Part shown: positions 55,959 to 64,000 of the stretch, piece after piece | Position numbering within the stretch: the stretch's first letter is position 1 | Layout: every line of letters starts with the position of its first letter | From: Candidatus Latescibacterota bacterium | Lineage (GTDB): Bacteria; Latescibacterota; UBA2968; UBA8231 | Assembly (NCBI GenBank): GCA_965204725.1 | Contig: OZ242005.1 | Span: 3,264,001-3,328,000 of the forward strand | Length of the DNA: 64,000 nt | Direction: 5' to 3' | The notes under the pieces: generated by a model | Databases searched by the model: none | Told to the model about the DNA's origin: nothing | The model's input: the letters and a program-made list of their open reading frames with translations, nothing else | Position numbers and translations under genes: made by a program

Positions 55959-57749
55959 TTACGACTCGCCCTGCTCGTCGTGGACATCGCCCCAGCTTTC
56001 CATCTCGTCGTCCTTGTCGGCCGCGCCCTCATCAGCGGCCTCTTGGACGGGATGAGCGGCCAAGTAGGCTTCGTACTCGGCTTGGTCTTTGTCCTTGAAG
56101 TGCTCGCGCACGCTGAGGACGATCTTTTTCTGGTTCTTGTCGAATTCGATGACCTCTAGCGGCAGCGTTTGCCCTTCGGCAAAGCACTGGCTCGGGGTTT
56201 GCAGCCCGTCGATAGCCAACTGCGACAGCGGCACGAACCCATCGACCTCGTCGGCGAGCGAGACGACGATGCCGCGCTTGAGGATCCGCGAGATCGCGCC
56301 CTGCACCTCGACGCCCACCGCGTACTGATCGGCGAAGCGAGGCCAAGGGTTTTCAAAGGTCTCCTTGTGGCTGAGCGAGATGCGGCGGCGCTTGACGTCG
56401 ATTTCGGAGACGACCACGGGGATCACGTCGCCCTTTTTGAACATTTCGCTGGCTTGGCGGATGCGCTTAGTCCAAGACATATCCGAAATGTGGACTAGGC
56501 CATCGATGTTGTCCTCGATCTCGACGAAGGCCCCGAAGTTGGTCAGGCTGCATACCGTGCCCTCGATCTGGGTGCCGGGGGGATACTTGGCGTCGAGCGT
56601 ATCCCACGGATCGTCCTCGGTTTGCTTCATGCCGAGTGAGATTTTCTGGTTCTCGCTGTCGATCTTGAGCACCTTGACCTCGACGATGTCGCCGATGGCG
56701 ACCAGCTTGGAAGGATGGCGCACGTGCTGAGTCCAAGACATCTCGGAGATGTGGACTAGGCCCTCAATGCCCTCCTCCAGCTCGACGAAGGCACCGTAGT
56801 CGGTGATGGAGACCACCTTGCCGCGCACTTGGCTTTCAAGCGGGTACTTCTTGTCGATGTTCTCCCACGGATGGGAGGTTAGCTGCTTGAGTCCCAAGGA
56901 GATGCGCTCGCGCTTGCGGTCGTAGCTGAGCACCTTGACCTTGATGCGGTCGCCGATGGAGACCAGCTCCGAGGGGTGGTTGACGCGCCCCCACGACATG
57001 TCGGTAATGTGGAGAAGGCCATCGACGCCGCCCAAGTCGATGAAGGCACCGAAGTCGGTGATGTTCTTGACGACGCCCTCGCGGATCTGGTCTTCCTCCA
57101 ACACCTTGACGATCTCCTCGCGCATCCGCGCCCGCTCTTCCTCTAAAACGGCGCGGCGCGAGACGACGATGTTGCGCCGCGTCTTGTTGAGCTTGATGAT
57201 CTTGAAGGGGAACTCGTGGCCGATGAACTGGTCGAAGTTCTTGACTTGGCGAATGTCGATCTGCGAGCCGGGCAGAAAGGCCTCAACGCCGAAGAGACTG
57301 ACGACGATGCCGCCCTTGATGCGCCGCATTAGCTGGCCCTCAACCGTGGTGCCGGCGTCGTAGGCGTCCTTGATGGAATCCCAGACGCGCATGAAATCGG
57401 CCTTTTGCTTGGAGAGCACGGCTTGGCCCTCTTGGTCTTCGATGTTCTCCAAGAAGACCTCGATTTCTTGGCCGGTCTCAATGGCCTCGGGGTCGGAAAA
57501 TTCCTTGACCGGCACCGCGCCTTCGGACTTAAAGCCAATATCGACCATCACCTCGCTGGGGCCGATTGAGACGACGATGCCCTTGACGATTTGGCCCTCC
57601 TCAATGCCGGAGATGCTCTCATCGTAGAGGGCCATGAGTTCGTCGTATTCGGCTGGGTCGTACTCGGGCTTTTCCAGCTCTTCGACGCTGATGTTGCCGT
57701 ACACGGGCTTTTCTAACGGCTCTTGTGTTGCTGTGGTTTCCTCAGTCAT
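55959..57749 (-). CDS. rpsA: 30S ribosomal protein S1
   Basis: Six S1 domains: DIGFKSEG, FLPGSQ, DGLLHITDMSW, EGLVHISEMSW. Confidence 0.97.
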   Translation of the reverse strand: MTEETTATQEPLEKPVYGNISVEELEKPEYDPAEYDELMALYDESISGIEEGQIVKGIVVSIGPSEVMVDIGFKSEGAVPVKEFSDPEAIETGQEIEVFLENIEDQEGQAVLSKQKADFMRVWDSIKDAYDAGTTVEGQLMRRIKGGIVVSLFGVEAFLPGSQIDIRQVKNFDQFIGHEFPFKIIKLNKTRRNIVVSRRAVLEEERARMREEIVKVLEEDQIREGVVKNITDFGAFIDLGGVDGLLHITDMSWGRVNHPSELVSIGDRIKVKVLSYDRKRERISLGLKQLTSHPWENIDKKYPLESQVRGKVVSITDYGAFVELEEGIEGLVHISEMSWTQHVRHPSKLVAIGDIVEVKVLKIDSENQKISLGMKQTEDDPWDTLDAKYPPGTQIEGTVCSLTNFGAFVEIEDNIDGLVHISDMSWTKRIRQASEMFKKGDVIPVVVSEIDVKRRRISLSHKETFENPWPRFADQYAVGVEVQGAISRILKRGIVVSLADEVDGFVPLSQLAIDGLQTPSQCFAEGQTLPLEVIEFDKNQKKIVLSVREHFKDKDQAEYEAYLAAHPVQEAADEGAADKDDEMESWGDVHDEQGES

Positions 57750-57830
57750 GTTGCGCAGATCCTCAAAAAGGTTAAGGCGAAGCGCGCACTTCGCGTTGGG
57801 TGATACCGGCGCGGCCTCTCCGCGCCAGCG

Positions 57831-58502
57831 TTAGGCGCCGCGTTGGCGGGCCAAGGCGACGACGCAGTCCACTTGGTCTGGCAAAGTCATGCGCGTCGTG
57901 TCGATCTCGATGATCTCGGCCGCTGCGCTCGTACCTCCGTAGTCGCGGGCGGCGTCTTCCCGGTCGCGCGCTTGGACGTCGGACCGGACTTGGTCCAAGG
58001 TGATGCGTACTCCTTGGGCGGTCAATTCCCGGTGCCGCCGGCGAACGCGCTCGTCGAGGTCGGCCACCAAGGCGATTTTTAGCTCGGCGTCGGGAAAGAC
58101 TACCGCCGCCATGTCGCGCCCTTCGGCGACAACGCCGCCCTCTTGGCCCCACCGCTGCTGCTGGGCGATTAGGGCGCGTCGCACCAAAGGCACGTCTGCG
58201 TACGCACTCACTCGGCGGGTGATCTCGGGCTGGCGAATCGCTTCGCTTACGTCCTGCCCGTCGAGCAGGACGCGCCCCCGGTCGGAATCCAAATCTATGG
58301 TCGAGGTCGCCAATAGGTCCGCCAGCGCGGCTGAGTCCTCGGGTGATATCCCCCGGCGGGTGGCCGCTAAGGCCACGGCTCGGTACATGGCACCGGTGTC
58401 GAGGGCGCTATAGCCTAGCCGCCCGGCCACCTGCCGCGCTGTAATCGTCTTGCCGGTGCCGATGGTGCCGTCGATGGCGATGACGAGCCCGCGCCGCTTC
58501 AC
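57831..58502 (-). CDS. cmk: Cytidylate kinase
   Basis: IAIDG..GTGKT, LDTGAMYRA, EGRD; upstream of rpsA; GTGA overlap with rluB. Confidence 0.93.
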   Translation of the reverse strand: MKRRGLVIAIDGTIGTGKTITARQVAGRLGYSALDTGAMYRAVALAATRRGISPEDSAALADLLATSTIDLDSDRGRVLLDGQDVSEAIRQPEITRRVSAYADVPLVRRALIAQQQRWGQEGGVVAEGRDMAAVVFPDAELKIALVADLDERVRRRHRELTAQGVRITLDQVRSDVQARDREDAARDYGGTSAAAEIIEIDTTRMTLPDQVDCVVALARQRGA

Positions 58503-59248
58503 AAGCCAACCTCGGCTTTGAGCCGGCCGACTTCCCCGGGGCTGAGGCAACGGTACTGACCGGCGGCGAGCGGGCCGAGGGTCAGCCCGGCAAATTCGAC
58601 CCGAGTGAGTTGCCGCACCGGATGGCCGATGGCGCGGAGCATGCGGCGGACTTGGCGCTTGCGCCCCTCGTGAATGCAAAGGCTCAGCTTGGCCCGCTGG
58701 TCCCAACCGCTCTTCCAGCGCTCCTCTACTTGGACCTGAGCCGGTGCCGTAGGCCCGTCGCCGAGCGCGATGCCGGCGCGCAGCCGCTCGAGCTGGTCCT
58801 CGTGCGGGTCGCCGCTGACAACGGCCTCGTAGCACTTGGCGACGACAAAGCGCGGGTGTAGCAGCCGATGGCCGAGGGCACCGTCGTCGGTCAGGAGCAA
58901 AAGCCCGGTGGTGTCGAGGTCGAGACGGCCCACGGGCACGGTCCCCGGATGGAGGTCGGGCAAGAGGTCGAAGACCGTGGGCCGGTCGCGGGGGTCGCTG
59001 CGGGTGACCAGATACCCGGCCGGCTTGTGCAAAAGCACGTATTCGTACTGGCTGGTCAGGGTGAGGACTTGGCCATGGCACTCGACTCGGTCGGCATGGA
59101 CTGCGACAACTCGGCCCGGCTCGGCGACGACCTCGCCGTTGATGCAAACCGCGCCGCTTTGTATTAGGGCATCGCTGTGGCGGCGCGAGGCCACACCGCA
59201 ACGGGCCAAGAAGCGGTTGAGGCGCATCTGCGGCTCAGGAGCGTTCAC
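58499..59248 (-). CDS. rluB: rRNA pseudouridine synthase, RsuA/RluB family
   Basis: S4 domain MRLNRFLA..GVASRR; PVGRLD..TTGLLLLT; EGRKRQVRRM; follows scpB. Confidence 0.88.
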   Translation of the reverse strand: MNAPEPQMRLNRFLARCGVASRRHSDALIQSGAVCINGEVVAEPGRVVAVHADRVECHGQVLTLTSQYEYVLLHKPAGYLVTRSDPRDRPTVFDLLPDLHPGTVPVGRLDLDTTGLLLLTDDGALGHRLLHPRFVVAKCYEAVVSGDPHEDQLERLRAGIALGDGPTAPAQVQVEERWKSGWDQRAKLSLCIHEGRKRQVRRMLRAIGHPVRQLTRVEFAGLTLGPLAAGQYRCLSPGEVGRLKAEVGL

Positions 59249-59891
59249 CTGCGTCTCCTTCCTCGGCCTGCTTTTGCAGCTCGTCTAGCTCGGACGCGAG
59301 CTGGCGCGCGGCGGCCGGCGGCTGGCCCTCGGCGAGCAGCTCTTCTAATTCCTTGGGCTTGGGCAATTCGCCCAGTCCCCGCAGCCCAAAGTGGACTAAA
59401 AATTCTCGGGTCGTGCCAAAGAGCATGGGTTTGCCAATGCCCTCGGACCGGCCAGCGAGGCGGACCATGTTGAGTTCCATCAGGGTTTGCAACGCGCCGG
59501 CCGAGCTAACGCCGCGGATGTTGTCGATCTCAACGCGGGTGACCGGCTGCTTGAAGGCGACGATGGCGAGGACTTCGAGGCCGGCCGGCGAGAGGCGCAC
59601 TTGGCGCGAGGTCTTGTGGTACTTGCGCAGCCAAGGGCCGCATGCTTGGCGCGAGGCGAGTTGGTAGCCCCCGGCTAGCTCGACGATCTCGATCCCGTGC
59701 CCGGCCGCTTCGTACTGGGCGTTGAGCGCGTCGATAACCTCGCGAATATCGCGGCCGTTGTACCCGGCGAGCAAGTTGACGAGGCGGCCTGGGGTCGCCG
59801 GCTCGGTTGCCGTCAGCAGAATGGCCTCAATAATCGCCCGCGCCTGCTCAGGGGCGACGTCGCGCGCGGCGGCTGTGGATTCATGGCTCAC
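59235..59891 (-). CDS. scpB: SMC-Scp complex subunit ScpB
   Basis: IEAIL, AGGYQL, LEVLAIVAFKQPVTR, IRGV, FGTTREFL..FGL. Confidence 0.95.
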   Translation of the reverse strand: MSHESTAAARDVAPEQARAIIEAILLTATEPATPGRLVNLLAGYNGRDIREVIDALNAQYEAAGHGIEIVELAGGYQLASRQACGPWLRKYHKTSRQVRLSPAGLEVLAIVAFKQPVTRVEIDNIRGVSSAGALQTLMELNMVRLAGRSEGIGKPMLFGTTREFLVHFGLRGLGELPKPKELEELLAEGQPPAAARQLASELDELQKQAEEGDAGERS

Positions 59892-60676
59892 GGCACTGCG
59901 GTCAGTTGAGGGGGTGATGGCTCGATCCAGATCTCGTCGAAGGGACGCGCCTGCTGGACGCGGACGCGCTGCGACTTGAGCAGCTCTAGGACGCCGACAA
60001 AGGTGGCGATTAGGGCGCGACGGTCGCGGCCTTGGAGCAGGTCCATGAAGCTGATGCGCGCACACTGCTCGAGGACTGCCAACAGATAGTCGATGCACTC
60101 GGCGACCGAGATCTCTTCTTCGGCGATCTGGTGTACTAGGTTTGCGGGTACTGTGTCGAGCACGTGCTTGTACACGACCAATAGGTCGAACAGCGATACG
60201 GGCTGCAACGGGGCCGCCTCTTCAACGCGATCCCCTAGTCCTTGGCGGCGCAGGTACACGTCGCGCCGCTCGTTTTTGCGCACGCCCAGCCAGTCGGCGA
60301 TGTCCTTAAACTGCTGGTACTCCAACAGGCGGCGAACCAACTCGGCCTTGAGATCTTCCTCGCCCTCGGGCTCGCCATCGAGCCCGAGCTCCTCGCGGGG
60401 CAGCATCATCTGCGACTTGATCCGCAGCAGGGTGGCCGCCATGAGGAGGAAGTCGCTGGCCTGTTCGATGTCGAGTTGGTGGATGTGTTGCAAGAAGCCC
60501 AAGTACTGGGCGGTGATGTGGGCGATGGGGATGTCGTAGATGTCTAGCTCGTCTTTGCGTATTAGGTAAAGCAACAGGTCCATCGGACCTTCAAAGACGT
60601 CGAGCTTGACTTCGTAGAGAGCCGATTCTTCTTGTTCGATCGCGTCGCGTTCCACGAGAGTTCCTGCCTCAGTCAA
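59888..60676 (-). CDS. scpA: Segregation and condensation protein ScpA
   Basis: FEGPMDLLLYLI, DIPIA.IT.QY, FL.MAATL..IKS, F...LEL.K. Confidence 0.95.
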   Translation of the reverse strand: MTEAGTLVERDAIEQEESALYEVKLDVFEGPMDLLLYLIRKDELDIYDIPIAHITAQYLGFLQHIHQLDIEQASDFLLMAATLLRIKSQMMLPREELGLDGEPEGEEDLKAELVRRLLEYQQFKDIADWLGVRKNERRDVYLRRQGLGDRVEEAAPLQPVSLFDLLVVYKHVLDTVPANLVHQIAEEEISVAECIDYLLAVLEQCARISFMDLLQGRDRRALIATFVGVLELLKSQRVRVQQARPFDEIWIEPSPPQLTAVP

Positions 60677-61184
60677 TGAAAAGATACGGTTTCCAGCGCT
60701 GATCGTCGATGCCGACGAAGTTGCGAATGAAGCTGACGTTGTTGGGGCGCTTGGGTTTGGTGCGCAGCACTAGGCCGACCTGCTCGGGCAAGAGTTCGCC
60801 TTTCTTGTTGTTGCACAGGGCGCAGGCGCAGACGAGGTTTTCCCAAGTCCCTTGGCCCCCCTTGGTGCGCGGCACGATGTGGTCAACCGTTAGCTTGCCG
60901 TCTTTGCGGCCGCAGTACTGGCACTGGTGCTTGTCGCGCTTGAGGATGTTGCGCTTGGAGAGCACGACCCGCCGGCGCGGGGCGCGGATGTAGCGCTCTA
61001 GGCGGACGACGCTGGGCACTGGATAGTCCTGGGAGACCGAATGGACCACCGCGTTCATTTTTTCGACCGCTTCGGCCTTTCCGCGCAAAACCAGTAGCAA
61101 GGCCCGGCGCACGCTGCATACGCTCAGGGGCTCGTAGTTTTGATTGAGGACGAGTACCGTTCTTTCGAGCAAAGGTCTATCCAC
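60669..61184 (-). CDS. HNH endonuclease (HNH_5/McrA-like)
   Basis: VLVLNQNYEPL, RD..QCQYCG, TVDHIVP, WENLVCAC..CNNKK. Confidence 0.92.
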   Translation of the reverse strand: MDRPLLERTVLVLNQNYEPLSVCSVRRALLLVLRGKAEAVEKMNAVVHSVSQDYPVPSVVRLERYIRAPRRRVVLSKRNILKRDKHQCQYCGRKDGKLTVDHIVPRTKGGQGTWENLVCACALCNNKKGELLPEQVGLVLRTKPKRPNNVSFIRNFVGIDDQRWKPYLFID

Positions 61185-61335
61185 GGTATAGGGCTAATTG
61201 ACGGCTGTTGCGCCCGGCTTTGTTGGGCGAGTAGCCAGCGCTGAATAAAGTTAAGCCTTTAAGCGGCTTTTGGCATGTTCCAACCTTTGGGATTGGATTT
61301 TATAAAGAGCGCACTTCCAATGAACAAAGGCAAGG

Positions 61336-61728
61336 TCAGTGGTTGGCGATCCGATCGGCGTAGTCTGGGGCGCTGAGCAAATGCTCCAAGTCCGCAGAGT
61401 CGGCGATGCGAATTTTGAGCAACCAACCGCCGCGGTACGGGTCTTCGTTGATCTGTTCGGCTTCTTCCGCGAGGCGGTCGTTGATTGCTAGGACCTCGCC
61501 GGAAACCGGGGCGATTAGGTCCGCGACCGTCTTAACCGCCTCAATCGTGCCAAAGGTTTCGCCCCTTTCGACGTGGTCGCCCACTCCGGGCAACTCGGCG
61601 AATACGATGTCTCCCAATTCGGTTTGCGCGAAATCCGTGATGCCGACGGTGGCGATGTCGCCTTCTAGCAGAAGCCATTCGTGGCTTTCCGAGTAGAGCA
61701 AGTGCTCGGGAATTTGGGTCTGGCTCAT
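61336..61728 (-). CDS. gcvH: Glycine cleavage system H protein
   Basis: HEW, GITDFAQ.ELGDIV, lipoyl EAVK, INEDPY..GW. Confidence 0.95.
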   Translation of the reverse strand: MSQTQIPEHLLYSESHEWLLLEGDIATVGITDFAQTELGDIVFAELPGVGDHVERGETFGTIEAVKTVADLIAPVSGEVLAINDRLAEEAEQINEDPYRGGWLLKIRIADSADLEHLLSAPDYADRIANH

Positions 61729-61753
61729 AATCGCCTCGTATTCTCGTATTTGC

Positions 61754-63100
61754 TTAAGACAACCGCTCCGCGTTGGCCACGTAGCTGGTGTCGAACTGCC
61801 CGGCGATAAAGTCGGGGTTGGTGAGTAGGGTTTGGTGAAAGGGTAGAGTGGTGGCCACGCCTTCTATTGTACATTCGTCCAAGACTCGACGCATCCGCGC
61901 CATGGCGCCTTGGCGGTTGGGGCCGTAGGCGATGATTTTGGCCAGTAGGGAGTCGTAGTACGGGGGAATCTCGTAGCCTTGGTAGATGTGGCTGTCGATG
62001 CGGACGCCGGGGCCGCCCGGCAGGTGGAGGACCTCGATGACGCCCGAAGAGGGGATGAAGTTGTGCGCGGGATCCTCGGCGTTGATCCGGCATTCAATGG
62101 CATGTCCTGAAAGTTGGACGCCCTCTTGGCTAAACCGAAGGGATTGGCCGGCCGCGATGCGGATCTGTTCCGCGACTAAGTCGAGGCCGGTGACCATTTC
62201 GGTGACCGGGTGTTCGACTTGGATGCGGGTATTCATCTCCATGAAATAGAAGTTGTGCTCTGAATCAACGAGGAACTCGATGGTGCCCGCGCTGTAGTAG
62301 CCAACGGCCGCAGCCCCAGCGAGTGCGGACTCCCCGAGCCGCTGGCGCAAGTCGGCATCGACGACGGGCGAGGGGCTTTCTTCTAAGAGCTTCTGGTTCC
62401 GCCGCTGAATGGAACACTCGCGCTCGCCGAGGTGGACGAGGTGCCCATGCTGGTCGCCGAGGACTTGGATTTCGATGTGGCGCGCCTGTTCGATGGAGCG
62501 CTCCATGTACACGGCGTCGCTGGTAAAGGCGGTGCGTGCTTCGCGGCGCGCCATCTGATAGGCTTCCTCTAATTCATCCATGGCGCGAACGACCCGCATC
62601 CCGCGCCCGCCGCCGCCCGCCGCGGCCTTGAGACGCAGGGGGAAGCCGACCTGTTCCGCCCATTGCCGGGCGTCGTCTAGCGACCCCAGTGCGCCCTCGC
62701 TGCCTGGGACTACGGGCACTCCGGCCTGCTGCATGGTGTGGCGCGCGACGGCCTTGTCGCCCATTTTGCGAATGGCCGCGGTCGGCGGGCCGATGAACTC
62801 GATGCCACAATCGGCGCAGATAGCGGAGAAGTCGGCGTCTTCGGCCAAGGGGCCGTAGCCGGGGTGGATCGCGTCGGCGTTGGTCAGTTCGGCCGCGCTG
62901 ATGATATTGACGATGTTGCGGTAACTGTCCTTGCCAGCGGCCGGCCCGATGCAGACATCCTCGTCGGCAAAAGACACGTGCAGGGAGCGGGCGTCGGCTT
63001 GGGAGTGGACGGCCACGGTCGCGATGCCTAGCTCTTGGCAAGCCCGGATGACGCGCAGCGCGATTTCGCCGCGGTCGGCAATGAGGATTTTCTCGAACAC
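61754..63100 (-). CDS. accC: Acetyl-CoA carboxylase biotin carboxylase subunit
   Basis: KILIADRGEIA, HPGYG, GGGGRGMR, ERECSIQRR, EMNTRIQVEH. Confidence 0.95.
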   Translation of the reverse strand: MFEKILIADRGEIALRVIRACQELGIATVAVHSQADARSLHVSFADEDVCIGPAAGKDSYRNIVNIISAAELTNADAIHPGYGPLAEDADFSAICADCGIEFIGPPTAAIRKMGDKAVARHTMQQAGVPVVPGSEGALGSLDDARQWAEQVGFPLRLKAAAGGGGRGMRVVRAMDELEEAYQMARREARTAFTSDAVYMERSIEQARHIEIQVLGDQHGHLVHLGERECSIQRRNQKLLEESPSPVVDADLRQRLGESALAGAAAVGYYSAGTIEFLVDSEHNFYFMEMNTRIQVEHPVTEMVTGLDLVAEQIRIAAGQSLRFSQEGVQLSGHAIECRINAEDPAHNFIPSSGVIEVLHLPGGPGVRIDSHIYQGYEIPPYYDSLLAKIIAYGPNRQGAMARMRRVLDECTIEGVATTLPFHQTLLTNPDFIAGQFDTSYVANAERLS

Positions 63101-63106
63101 AGCCTC

Positions 63107-63577
63107 TTAGCTAGGGCGAATTTTGAGCAGCGCTTGGTTGTATTCAACGGGCTGGCTGTCGCCGACGAGGATCTCGACCACTTCGCCTTGGACATCCGCT
63201 GGAATCTCGTTCAGTATCTTCATGGCTTCGATGATGCAGAGGGTCTGACCGCTTTCGATGCGATCACCCTCTCGCACAAAGGGATCGGCCTCGGGCGAGG
63301 GGGCCCGGTAAAACGTGCCAACCATGGGCGAGAGCACCTCGTGTAGGCCATCGTCGGCCTTTTCGGCGGGTGTTGCCGGTGTGGGCGCGGGCGCGGTGGG
63401 TGCGCTGGGCGCAGTGGGCATGGGTGCCGCGGGTGCGGCGGGTGCCACCAGTGGGGGCGCGTGATTGCGGGTCAGGCGGATGCGCGTACCATGCCAAAAG
63501 CTGTGTTGGATCTCTAGCTCTTCTATGTCGCTATCGCGAAAAAGCGCTAGCAGTTTGCGGAGCTTGCCTTCGTTCAC
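63107..63577 (-). CDS. accB: Acetyl-CoA carboxylase biotin carboxyl carrier protein
   Basis: Pro/Ala linker; SPMVGTFY; biotinylation motif EAMK. Confidence 0.95.
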   Translation of the reverse strand: MNEGKLRKLLALFRDSDIEELEIQHSFWHGTRIRLTRNHAPPLVAPAAPAAPMPTAPSAPTAPAPTPATPAEKADDGLHEVLSPMVGTFYRAPSPEADPFVREGDRIESGQTLCIIEAMKILNEIPADVQGEVVEILVGDSQPVEYNQALLKIRPS

Positions 63578-63595
63578 AGGAGGTGTCGTCCTTTC

Positions 63596-64000
63596 TCAAA
63601 CGCGCTCTACGTATTCGCCGGTGCGGGTATCGACCTTGAGCCGGTCGCCCTTATTGATAAAGAGCGGCACTTGGACCACGTAGCCGGTCTCTAGGGTCGC
63701 TGGCTTAACCGCGCCGGTGGCGGTGTCGCCCTTGACGCCCGGCTCGGTGTGAGTGACGGCGAGGGAGACGAAGTTGGGCAGGTCAACGGCGACGACCTCT
63801 TCGCCGGCAATGAGGAGGAAGGCGTTCTCGCTTTCTTTGAGGAGGTTGCTCGCCGCGCCGACGATCTCTGCGGACACGGGGATCTGATCGTAGGTGTCCA
63901 AGTTCATGAAGTAGTACAGCCCCTGATCGGAATACAGGTATTGCATCTGGTGCTTTTCGAGCCGGACTTGCTCAACTTTGTCGCCCGAGCGGAAAGTGCG
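63596..64000 (-). CDS. efp: Elongation factor P, 5' end outside window
   Basis: TFRSGDKV, QYLY, PGVKGDTA, KPATLETG, VPLFI, VDTRTGEY. Confidence 0.96.
   Translation of the reverse strand, partial: RTFRSGDKVEQVRLEKHQMQYLYSDQGLYYFMNLDTYDQIPVSAEIVGAASNLLKESENAFLLIAGEEVVAVDLPNFVSLAVTHTEPGVKGDTATGAVKPATLETGYVVQVPLFINKGDRLKVDTRTGEYVERV

Noticed and set aside
58451-58474. Atypical Cmk P-loop (DGTIGTGKT)
   Set aside because: Still fits GxxGxGK[ST] and the other Cmk motifs are intact; likely lineage variation.
57831-59201. 456-aa ORF suggesting a Cmk fusion; similar long N-extensions on the RND permease, OMF, LptD and ScpB
   Set aside because: The extensions overlap upstream genes in other frames; real starts coincide with (A/G)TGA stop-start overlaps.

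Overview
GC-rich bacterial chromosomal window. The gene content (LptD, PorZ-like protein, DUF4159, CRTAC1/ASPIC-UnbV, TPR lipoprotein) suggests a diderm of the FCB neighbourhood such as Latescibacterota, but this is inference only. The right third (42.7-64 kb, minus strand) is housekeeping: efp, accBC, gcvH, HNH, scpAB, rluB, cmk, rpsA, mutS, rlmB, lptD, dtd, maf, rodZ, priA, porZ-like and DUF4159. The left part holds rlmN, an M23 peptidase, larC, a sugar isomerase/Gfo pair, a dpp ABC transporter apparently split by a ~6 kb inversion, glgB, an ECF sigma/anti-sigma/SnoaL cluster, DprE1/E2-like genes, two AAA_14-DUF4143 genes each preceded by a palindrome, uxs and an RND efflux operon. The most interesting region is an accessory island at 35.4-42.7 kb, visibly AT-richer in its left part, attached to the 3' end of the DUF4159 gene. 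It contains a frameshifted sacsin-like GHKL ATPase/DUF3883 nuclease plus an RNA-ligase-family gene, two degenerate copies of the DUF4159 tail fused to a PIN-toxin fragment, an IS5-family element and a frameshifted HEPN pair. All four predicted toxin or effector genes in the accessory loci are damaged, while their partner genes stay open. No tRNA, rRNA, CRISPR array or reverse transcriptase was seen. All family assignments are from motif recognition, not database searches.
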